DNA from: Auanema rhodensis
Taxonomy: Eukaryota; Animalia; Nematoda
Direction: 5' to 3'
Length of the DNA stretch: 64,000 nucleotides
Assembly (NCBI GenBank): GCA_964057225.1
Contig: CAXKVF010000074.1
Span: 434,001-498,000, forward strand
This document shows positions 1 through 11,600 of the stretch, in pieces (within the stretch, counting starts at the first letter, position 1; each line of letters starts with the position of its first letter). A program made the position numbers and the translations under genes. The notes under the pieces are model-generated. The model had not been told where the DNA came from. It did not search any database and saw only the letters and a program-made list of their open reading frames with translations.

Positions 1-63
1 TACGTGAACTTTAATTTATGCTAATTAAATGTACACGTGATGTGCACTTGGTATGTAACTCGC

Positions 64-73
64 TTCACGTGAA
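64..73. other. Perfect 10-bp palindrome TTCACGTGAA (E-box/G-box core) in nearly every monomer
   Basis: Read directly from the sequence. A second CACGTG lies at monomer positions 34-39. Protein binding is not demonstrated. Confidence 0.9.
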
Positions 74-152
74 AGATAAAGAGATGCGGTTTTCAAAATT
101 AGATTCCCCATGTCCATATTAGTCTAAAAACAAATTTTTATTGATATTGGTG

Positions 153-165
153 CATGGTAACCATG
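153..165. other. Interrupted palindrome CATGGT-A-ACCATG in nearly every monomer
   Basis: 6-bp arms with a 1-nt spacer. Arms extend to 7 bp (TCATGGT/ACCATGA) in T152 monomers. Confidence 0.9.
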
Positions 166-175
166 ACTTTGAATT

Positions 176-216
176 TTACGTGAACTTTAATTTATGCTAA
201 TTAAATGTACACGTGA
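176..216. other. Imperfect inverted repeat present in essentially every monomer (monomer positions 176/1-16 vs 23-40, 6-nt loop)
   Basis: Left arm TTACGTGAAC-TTTAATT vs reverse complement of right arm TCACGTGTACATTTAATT gives 15/18 matches. The loop is TATGCT. Confidence 0.85.
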
Positions 217-1936
217 TGTGCACTTGGTATGTAACTCGCTTCACGTGAAAGATAAAGAGATGCGGTTTTCAAAATTAGATTCCCCATGTCCATATTAGTC
301 TAAAAACAAATTTTTATTGATATTGGTTCATGGTAACCATGACTTTGAAATTTACGTGAACTTTAATTTATGCTAATTAAATGTACACGTGATGTGCACT
401 TGGTATGTAACTCGCTTCACGTGAAAGATAAAGAGATGCGGTTTTCAAAATTAGATTCCCCATGTCCATATTAGTCTAAAAACAAATTTTTATTGATATT
501 GGTTCATGGTAACCATGACTTTGAAATTTACGTGAACTTTAATTTATGCTAATTAAATGTACACGTGATGTGCACTTGGTATGTAACTCGCTTCACGTGA
601 AAGATAAAGAGATGCGGTTTTCAAAATTAGATTCCCCATGTCCATATTAGTCTAAAAACAAATTTTTATTGATATTGGTGCATGGTAACCATGACTTTGA
701 AATTTACGTGAACTTTAATTTATGCTAATTAAATGTACACGTGATGTGCTCTTGGTATGTAACTCGCTTCACGTGAAAGATAAAGAGATGCGGTTTTCAA
801 AATTAGATTACCCATGTCCATATTAGTCTAAAAACAAATTTTTATTGATATTGGTGCATGGTAACCATGACTTTGAAATTTACGTGAACTTTAATTTATG
901 CTAATTAAATGTACACGTGATGTGCTCTTGGTATGTAACTCGCTTCACGTGAAAGATAAAGAGATGCGGTTTTCAAAATTAGATTACCCATGTCCATAAT
1001 AGTCTAAAAACAAATTTTTATTGATATTGGTGCATGGTAACCATGACTTTGAAATTTACGTGAACTTTAATTTATGCTAATTAAATGTACACGTGATGTG
1101 CACTTGGTATGTAACTCGCTTCACGTGAAAGATAAAGAGATGCGGTTTTCAAAATTAGATTCCTCATGTCCATATTAGTCTAAAAACAAATTTTTATTGA
1201 TATTGGTGCATGGTAACCATGACTTTGAAATTTACGTGAACTTTAATTTATGCTAATTAAATGTACACGTGATGTGCACTTGGTATGTAACTCGCTTCAC
1301 GTGAAAGATAAAGAGATGCGGTTTTCAAAATTAGATTCCCCATGTCCATATTAGTCTAAAAACAAATTTTTATTGATATTGGTTCATGGTAACCATGACT
1401 TTGAAATTTACGTGAACTTTAATTTATGCTAATTAAATGTACACGTGATGTGCACTTGGTATGTAACTCGCTTCACGTGAAAGATAAAGAGATGCGGTTT
1501 TCAAAATTAGATTCCCCATGTCCATATTAGTCTAAAAACAAATTTTTATTGATATTGGTGCATGGTAACCATGACTTTGAAATTTACGTGAACTTTAATT
1601 TATGCTAATTAAATGTACACTTGATGTGCACTTGGTATGTAACTTGCTTCACGTGAAAGATAAAGAGATGCGGTTTTCAAAATTAGATTGCCCATGTCCA
1701 TATTAGTCTAAAAACAAATTTTAATTGATATTGGTTCATGGTAACCATGACTTTGAAATTTACGTGAACTTTAATTTATGCTAATTAAATGTACACGTGA
1801 TGTGCACTTGGTATGTAACTCGCTTCACGTGAAAGATAAAGAGATGCGGTTTTCAAAGTTAGATTCCCCATGTCCATATTAGTCTAAAAACAAATTTTTA
1901 TTGATATTGGTGCATGGTAACCATGACTTTGAAATT

Positions 1937-4900
1937 TACGTGAACTTTAATTTATGCTAATTAAATGTACACGTGATGTGCACTTGGTATGTAACTCGCT
2001 TCACGTGAAAGTTAAAGAGATGCGGTTTTTCAAAATTAGATTCCCCATGTCCATATTAGTCTAAAAACAAATTTTTATTGATATTGGTTCATGGTAACCA
2101 TGACTTTGAAATTTACGTGAACTTTAATTTATGCTAATTAAATGTACACGTGATGTGCACTTGGTATGTAACTCGCTTCACGTGAAAGATAAAGAGATGC
2201 GGTTTTCAAAATTAGATTCCCCATGTCCATATTAGTCTAAAAACAAATTTTTATTGATATTGGTTCATGGTAACCATGACTTTAAAATTTACGTGAACTT
2301 TAATTTATGCTAATTAAATGTACACGTGATGTGCACTTGGTATGTAACTCGCTTCACGTGAAAGATAAAGAGATGCGGTTTTCAAAATTAGATTCCCCAT
2401 GTCCATATTAGTCTAAAAACAAATTTTTATTGATATTGGTGCATGGTAACCATGACTTTGAAATTTACGTGAACTTTAATTTATGCTAATTAAATGTACA
2501 CGTGATGTGCTCTTGGTATGTAACTCGCTTCACGTGAAAGATAAAGAGATGCGGTTTTCAAAATTAGATTACCCATGTCCATATTAGTCTAAAAACAAAT
2601 TTTTATCGATATTGGTGCATGGTAACCATGACTTTGAAATTTACGTGAACTTTAATTTATGCTAATTAAATGTACACGTGATGTGCACTTGGTATGTAAC
2701 TCGCTTCACGTGAAAGATAAAGAGATGCGGTTTTCAAAATTAGATTCCCCATGTCCATATTAGTCTAAAAACAAATTTTTATTGGTATTGGTTCATGGTA
2801 ACCATGACTTTGAAATTTACGTGAACTTTAATTTATGCTAATTAAATGTACACGTGATGTGCACTTGGTATGTAACTCGCTTCACGTGAAAGATAAAGAG
2901 ATGCGGTTTTCAAAATTAGATTCCCCATGTCCATATTAGTCTAAAAACAAATTTTTATTGATATTGGTTCATGGTAACCATGACTTTGAAATTTACGTGA
3001 ACTTTAATTTATGCTAATTAAATGTACACGTGATGTGCACTTGGTATGTAACTCGCTTCACGTGAAAGTTAAAGAGATGCTGTTTTCAAAATTAGATTAC
3101 CCATGTCCATATTAGTCTAAAAACAAATTTTTATTGATATTGGTTCATGGTAACCATGACTTTGAAATTTACGTGAACTTTAATTTATGCTAATTAAATG
3201 TACACGTGATGTGCACTTGGTATGTAACTCGCTTCACGTGAAAGATAAAGAGATGCGGTTTTCAAAATTAGATCCCCCATGTCCATATTAGTCTAAATAC
3301 TAATTTTTATTGATATTGGTGCATGGTAACCATGACTTTGAAATTTACGTGAACTTTAATTTATGCTAATTAAATGTACACGTGATGTGCACTTGGTATG
3401 TAACTCGCTTCACGTGAAAGATAAAGAGATGCGGTTTTCAAAATTAGATCCCCCATGTCCATATTAGTCTAAATACTAATTTTTATTGATATTGGTGCAT
3501 GGTAACCATGACTTTGAAATTTACGTGAACTTTAATTTATGCTAATTAAATGTACACGTGATGTGCACTTGGTATGTAACTCGCTTCACGTGAAAGATAA
3601 AGAGATGCGGTTTTCAAAATTAGATTGCCCATGTCCATATTAGTCTAAAAACAAATTTTAATTGATATTGGTTCATGGTAACCATGACTTTGAAATTTAC
3701 GTGAACTTTAATTTATGCTAATTAAATGTACACGTGATGTGCACTTGGTATGTAACTCGCTTCACGTGAAAGATAAAGAGATGCGGTTTTCAAAATTAGA
3801 TTCCCCATGTCCATATTAGTCTAAAAACAAATTTTTATTGATATTGGTTCATGGTAACCATGACTTTGAAATTTACGTGAACTTTAATTTATGCTAATTA
3901 AATGTACACGTGATGTGCACTTGGTATGTAACTCGCTTCACGTGAAAGATAAAGAGATGCGGTTTTCAAAATTAGATTCCCCATGTCCATATTAGTCTAA
4001 AAACAAATTTTTATTGATATTGGTGCATGGTAACCATGACTTTGAAATTTACGTGAACTTTAATTTATGCTAATTAAATGTACACGTGATGTGCACTTGG
4101 TATGTAACTCGCTGCACGTGAAAGATAAAGAGATGCGGTTTTCAAAATTAGATTCCCCATGTCCATATTAGTCTAAAAACAAATTTTTATTGATATTGGT
4201 GCATGGTAACCATGACTTTGAAATTTACGTGAACTTTAATTTATGCTAATTAAATGTACACGTGATGTGCACTTGGTATGTAACTCGCTTCACGTGAAAG
4301 ATAAAGAGATGCGGTTTTCAAAATTAGATTGCCCATGTCCATATTAGTCTAAAAACAAATTTTAATTGATATTGGTTCATGGTAACCATGACTTTGAAAT
4401 TTACGTGAACTTTAATTTATGCTAATTAAATGTACACGTGATGTGCACTTGGTATGTAACTCGCTTCACGTGAAAGATAAAGAGATGCGGTTTTCAAAAT
4501 TAGATCCCCCATGTCCATATTAGTCTAAATACTAATTTTTATTGATATTGGTGCATGGTAACCATGACTTTGAAATTTACGTGAACTTTAATTTATGCTA
4601 ATTAAATGTACACGTGATGTGCACTTGGTATGTAACTCGCTTCACGTGAAAGATAAAGAGATGCGGTTTCCAAAATTAGATTCCCCATGTCCATATTAGT
4701 CTAAAAACAAATTTTTATTGATATTGGTTCATGGTAACCATGACTTTGAAATTTACGTGAACTTTAATTTATGCTAATTAAATGTACACGTGATGTGCAC
4801 TTGGTATGTAACTCGCTTCACGTGAAAGTTAAAGAGATGCGGTTTTTCAAAATTAGATTCCCCATGTCCATATTAGTCTAAAAACAAATTTTTATTGATA

Positions 4901-7900
4901 TTGGTTCATGGTAACCATGACTTTGAAATTTACGTGAACTTTAATTTATGCTAATTAAATGTACACGTGATGTGCACTTGGTATGTAACTCGCTTCACGT
5001 GAAAGATAAAGAGATGCGGTTTTCAAAATTAGATTCCCCATGTCCATATTAGTCTAAAAACAAATTTTTATTGATATTGGTTCATGGTAACCATGACTTT
5101 GAAATTTACGTGAACTTTAATTTATGCTAATTAAATGTACACGTGATGTGCACTTGGTATGTAACTCGCTTCACGTGAAAGATAAAGAGATGCGGTTTTC
5201 AAAATTAGATTCCCCATGTCCATATTAGTCTAAAAACAAATTTTTATTGATATTGGTGCATGGTAACCATGACTTTGAAATTTACGTGAACTTTAATTTA
5301 TGCTAATTAAATGTACACGTGATGTGCTCTTGGTATGTAACTCGCTTCACGTGAAAGATAAAGAGATGCGGTTTTCAAAATTAGATTACCCATGTCCATA
5401 TTAGTCTAAAAACAAATTTTTATCGATATTGGTGCATGGTAACCATGACTTTGAAATTTACGTGAACTTTAATTTATGCTAATTAAATGTACACGTGATG
5501 TGCACTTGGTATGTAACTCGCTTCACGTGAAAGATAAAGAGATGCGGTTTTCAAAATTAGATTCCCCATGTCCATATTAGTCTAAAAACAAATTTTTATT
5601 GGTATTGGTTCATGGTAACCATGACTTTGAAATTTACGTGAACTTTAATTTATGCTAATTAAATGTACACGTGATGTGCACTTGGTATGTAACTCGCTTC
5701 ACGTGAAAGATAAAGAGATGCGGTTTTCAAAATTAGATTCCCCATGTCCATATTAGTCTAAAAACAAATTTTTATTGATATTGGTTCATGGTAACCATGA
5801 CTTTGAAATTTACGTGAACTTTAATTTATGCTAATTAAATGTACACGTGATGTGCACTTGGTATGTAACTCGCTTCACGTGAAAGTTAAAGAGATGCGGT
5901 TTTCAAAATTAGATTACCCATGTCCATATTAGTCTAAAAACAAATTTTTATTGATATTGGTTCATGGTAACCATGACTTTGAAATTTACGTGAACTTTAA
6001 TTTATGCTAATTAAATGTACACGTGATGTGCACTTGGTATGTAACTCGCTTCACGTGAAAGATAAAGAGATGCGGTTTTCAAAATTAGATCCCCCATGTC
6101 CATATTAGTCTAAATACTAATTTTTATTGATATTGGTGCATGGTAACCATGACTTTGAAATTTACGTGAACTTTAATTTATGCTAATTAAATGTACACGT
6201 GATGTGCACTTGGTATGTAACTCGCTTCACGTGAAAGATAAAGAGATGCGGTTTTCAAAATTAGATCCCCCATGTCCATATTAGTCTAAATACTAATTTT
6301 TATTGATATTGGTGCATGGTAACCATGACTTTGAAATTTACGTGAACTTTAATTTATGCTAATTAAATGTACACGTGATGTGCACTTGGTATGTAACTCG
6401 CTGCACGTGAAAGATAAAGAGATGCGGTTTTCAAAATTAGATTCCCCATGTCCATATTAGTCTAAAAACAAATTTTTATTGATATTGGTGCATGGTAACC
6501 ATGACTTTGAATTTTACGTGAACTTTAATTTATGCTAATTAAATGTACACGTGATGTGCACTTGGTATGTAACTCGCTTCACGTGAAAGATAAAGAGATG
6601 CGGTTTTCAAAATTAGATTGCCCATGTCCATATTAGTCTAAAAACAAATTTTAATTGATATTGGTTCATGGTAACCATGACTTTGAAATTTACGTGAACT
6701 TTAATTTATGCTAATTAAATGTACACGTGATGTGCACTTGGTATGTAACTCGCTTCACGTGAAAGATAAAGAGATGCGGTTTTCAAAATTAGATCCCCCA
6801 TGTCCATATTAGTCTAAATACTAATTTTTATTGATATTGGTGCATGGTAACCATGACTTTGAAATTTACGTGAACTTTAATTTATGCTAATTAAATGTAC
6901 ACGTGATGTGCACTTGGTATGTAACTCGCTTCACGTGAAAGATAAAGAGATGCGGTTTCCAAAATTAGATTCCCCATGTCCATATTAGTCTAAAAACAAA
7001 TTTTTATTGATATTGGTTCATGGTAACCATGACTTTGAAATTTACGTGAACTTTAATTTATGCTAATTAAATGTACACGTGATGTGCACTTGGTATGTAA
7101 CTCGCTTCACGTGAAAGTTAAAGAGATGCGGTTTTTCAAAATTAGATTCCCCATGTCCATATTAGTCTAAAAACAAATTTTTATTGATATTGGTTCATGG
7201 TAACCATGACTTTGAAATTTACGTGAACTTTAATTTATGCTAATTAAATGTACACGTGATGTGCACTTGGTATGTAACTCGCTTCACGTGAAAGATAAAG
7301 AGATGCGGTTTTCAAAATTAGATTCCCCATGTCCATATTAGTCTAAAAACAAATTTTTATTGATATTGGTTCATGGTAACCATGACTTTGAAATTTACGT
7401 GAACTTTAATTTATGCTAATTAAATGTACACGTGATGTGCACTTGGTATGTAACTCGCTTCACGTGAAAGATAAAGAGATGCGGTTTTCAAAATTAGATT
7501 CCCCATGTCCATATTAGTCTAAAAACAAATTTTTATTGATATTGGTGCATGGTAACCATGACTTTGAAATTTACGTGAACTTTAATTTATGCTAATTAAA
7601 TGTACACGTGATGTGCTCTTGGTATGTAACTCGCTTCACGTGAAAGATAAAGAGATGCGGTTTTCAAAATTAGATTACCCATGTCCATATTAGTCTAAAA
7701 ACAAATTTTTATCGATATTGGTGCATGGTAACCATGACTTTGAAATTTACGTGAACTTTAATTTATGCTAATTAAATGTACACGTGATGTGCACTTGGTA
7801 TGTAACTCGCTTCACGTGAAAGATAAAGAGATGCGGTTTTCAAAATTAGATTCCCCATGTCCATATTAGTCTAAAAACAAATTTTTATTGGTATTGGTTC

Positions 7901-8627
7901 ATGGTAACCATGACTTTGAAATTTACGTGAACTTTAATTTATGCTAATTAAATGTACACGTGATGTGCACTTGGTATGTAACTCGCTTCACGTGAAAGAT
8001 AAAGAGATGCGGTTTTCAAAATTAGATTCCCCATGTCCATATTAGTCTAAAAACAAATTTTTATTGATATTGGTTCATGGTAACCATGACTTTGAAATTT
8101 ACGTGAACTTTAATTTATGCTAATTAAATGTACACGTGATGTGCACTTGGTATGTAACTCGCTTCACGTGAAAGTTAAAGAGATGCGGTTTTCAAAATTA
8201 GATTACCCATGTCCATATTAGTCTAAAAACAAATTTTTATTGATATTGGTTCATGGTAACCATGACTTTGAAATTTACGTGAACTTTAATTTATGCTAAT
8301 TAAATGTACACGTGATGTGCACTTGGTATGTAACTCGCTTCACGTGAAAGATAAAGAGATGCGGTTTTCAAAATTAGATCCCCCATGTCCATATTAGTCT
8401 AAATACTAATTTTTATTGATATTGGTGCATGGTAACCATGACTTTGAAATTTACGTGAACTTTAATTTATGCTAATTAAATGTACACGTGATGTGCACTT
8501 GGTATGTAACTCGCTTCACGTGAAAGATAAAGAGATGCGGTTTTCAAAATTAGATCCCCCATGTCCATATTAGTCTAAATACTAATTTTTATTGATATTG
8601 GTGCATGGTAACCATGACTTTGAAATT
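1937..8627 (+). repeat. Higher-order block A: a 9-monomer unit present three times, including a 13-mer tandem duplication (4050-6338 / 6339-8627)
   Basis: The +T insertion (T5 runs at 2026, 4843, 7132), TATCGAT, ATTGGTATT and paired GATCCCC/AAATACTA monomers recur at offsets of 2817 and 2289 bp. Confidence 0.88.
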
Positions 8628-11600
8628 TACGTGAACTTTAATTTATGCTAATTAAATGTACACGTGATGTGCACTTGGTATGTAACTCGCTTCACGTGAA
8701 AGATAAAGAGATGCGGTTTTCAAAATTAGATTCCCCATGTCCATATTAGTCTAAAAACAAATTTTTATTGATATTGGTGCATGGTAACCATGACTTTGAA
8801 TTTTACGTGAACTTTAATTTATGCTAATTAAATGTACACGTGATGTGCACTTGGTATGTAACTCGCTTCACGTGAAAGATAAAGAGATGCGGTTTTCAAA
8901 ATTAGATTCCCCATGTCCATATTAGTCTAAAAACAAATTTGTATTGATATTGGTTCATGGTAACCATGACTTTGAAATTTACGTGAACTTTAATTTATGC
9001 TAATTAAATGTACACGTGATGTGCACTTGGTATGTAACTCGCTTCACGTGAAAGATAAAGAGATGCGGTTTTCAAAATTAGATTCCCCATGTCCATATTA
9101 GTCTAAAAACAAATTTTTATTGATATTGGTGCATGGTAACCATGACTTTGAAATTTACGTGAACTTTAATTTATGCTAATTAAATGTACACGTGATGTGC
9201 ACTTGGTATGTAACTCGCTTCACGTGAAAGATGAAGAGATGCGGTTTTCAGAATTAGATTCCTCATGTCCATATTAGTCTAAAAACAAATTTTTATTGAT
9301 ATTGGTGCATGGTAACCATGACTTTGAAATTTACGTGAACTTTAATTTATGCTAATTAAATGTACACGTGATGTGCACTTGGTATGTAACTCGCTTCACG
9401 TGAAAGATAAAGAGATGCGGTTTTCAAAATTAGATTCCCCATGTCCATATTAGTCTAAAAACAAATTTTTATTGATATTGGTGCATGGTAACCATGACTT
9501 TGAAATTTACGTGAACTTTAATTTATGCTAATTAAATGTACACGTGATGTGCTCTTGGTATGTAACTCGCTTCACGTGAAAGATAAAGAGATGCGGTTTT
9601 CAAAATTAGATTACCCATGTCCATATTAGTCTAAAAACAAATTTTTATTGATATTGGTGCATGGTAACCATGATTTTGAAATTTACGTGAACTTTAATTT
9701 ATGCTAATTAAATGTACACGTGATGTGCTCTTGGTATGTAACTCGCTTCACGTGAAAGATAAAGAGATGCGGTTTTCAAAATTAGATTCCCCATGTCCAT
9801 ATTAGTCTAAAAACAAATTTTTATTGATATTGGTGCATGGTAACCATGACTTTGAAATTTACGTGAACTTTAATTTATGCTAATTAAATGTACACGTGAT
9901 GTGCACTTGGTATGTAACTCGCTTCACGTGAAAGATGAAGAGATGCGGTTTTCAGAATTAGATTCCTCATGTCCATATTAGTCTAAAAACAAATTTTTAT
10001 TGATATTGGTGCATGGTAACCATGACTTTGAAATTTACGTGAACTTTAATTTATGCTAATTAAATGTACACGTGATGTGCACTTGGTATGTAACTCGCTT
10101 CACGTGAAAGATAAAGAGATGCGGTTTTCAAAATTAGATTCCCCATGTCCATATTAGTCTAAAAACAAATTTTTATTGATATTGGTGCATGGTAACCATG
10201 ACTTTGAAATTTACGTGAACTTTAATTTATGCTAATTAAATGTACACGTGATGTGCACTTGGTATGTAACTCGCTTCACGTGAAAGATAAAGAGATGCGG
10301 TTTTCAAAATTAGATTGCCCATGTCCATATTAGTCTAAAAACAAATTGTTATTGATATTGGTTCATGGTAACCATGACTTTGAATTTTACGTGAACTTTA
10401 ATTTATGCTAATTAAATGTACACGTGATGTGCACTTGGTATGTAACTCGCTTCACGTGAAAGATAAAGAGATGCGGTTTTCAAAATTAGATTCCCCATGT
10501 CCATATTAGTCTAAAAACAAATTTTTATTGATATTGGTTCATGGTAACCATGACTTTGAAATTTACGTGAACTTTAATTTATGCTAATTAAATGTACACG
10601 TGATGTGCACTTGGTATGTAACTCGCTTCACGTGAAAGTTAAAGAGATGCGGTTTTCAAAATTAGATTGCCCATGTCCATATTAGTCTAAAAACAAATTT
10701 TAATTGATATTGGTTCATGGTAACCATGACTTTGAAATTTACGTGAACTTTAATTTATGCTAATTAAATGTACACGTGATGTGCACTTGGTTTGTAACTC
10801 GCTTCACGTGAAAGATAAAGAGATGCGGTTTTCAAAATTAGATTCCCCATGTCCATATTAGTCTAAAAACAAATTTTTATTGATATTGGTGCATGGTAAC
10901 CATGACTTTGAAATTTACGTGAACTTTAATTTATGCTAATTAAATGTACACGTGATGTGCACTTGGTATGTAACTCGCTTCACGTGAAAGATAAAGAGAT
11001 GCGGTTTTCAAAATTAGATTGCCCATGTCCATATTAGTCTAAAAACAAATTGTTATTGATATTGGTTCATGGTAACCATGACTTTGAATTTTACGTGAAC
11101 TTTAATTTATGCTAATTAAATGTACACGTGATGTGCACTTGGTATGTAACTCGCTTCACGTGAAAGATAAAGAGATGCGGTTTTCAAAATTAGATTCCCC
11201 ATTTCCATATTAGTCTAAAAACAAATTTTTATTGATATTGGATCATGGTAACCATGACTTTGAAATTTACGTGAACTTTAATTTATGCTAATTAAATGTA
11301 CACGTGATGTGCACTTGGTATGTAACTCGCTTCACGTGAAAGATAAAGAGATGCGGTTTTCAAAATTAGATTCCCCATGTCCATATTAGTCTAAAAACAA
11401 ATTTTTATTGATATTGGTTCATGGTAACCATGACTTTGAAATTTACGTGAACTTTAATTTATGCTAATTAAATGTACACGTGATGTGCACTTGGTATGTA
11501 ACTCGCTTCACGTGAAAGATAAAGAGATGCGGTTTTCAAAATTAGATTCCCCATGTCCATATTAGTCTAAAAACAAATTTTTATTGATATTGGTGCATGG

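Larger units (their letters stand above)
1..176 (+). repeat. Representative 176-bp monomer (M1)
   Basis: The next TACG starts at 177. M1 carries G152 and the minor allele T174. Confidence 0.99.

Noticed and set aside
34-140. Budding-yeast point centromere (CDEI-CDEII-CDEIII)
   Set aside because: Only the 8-bp CDEI-like motif matches. There is no adjacent >90% AT CDEII or CCGAA CDEIII, and point centromeres are not tandem arrays.
1-176. Tandem 5S rRNA, tRNA, snRNA or spliced-leader gene array
   Set aside because: No recognisable conserved RNA sequence, cloverleaf or Pol III A/B/C boxes.
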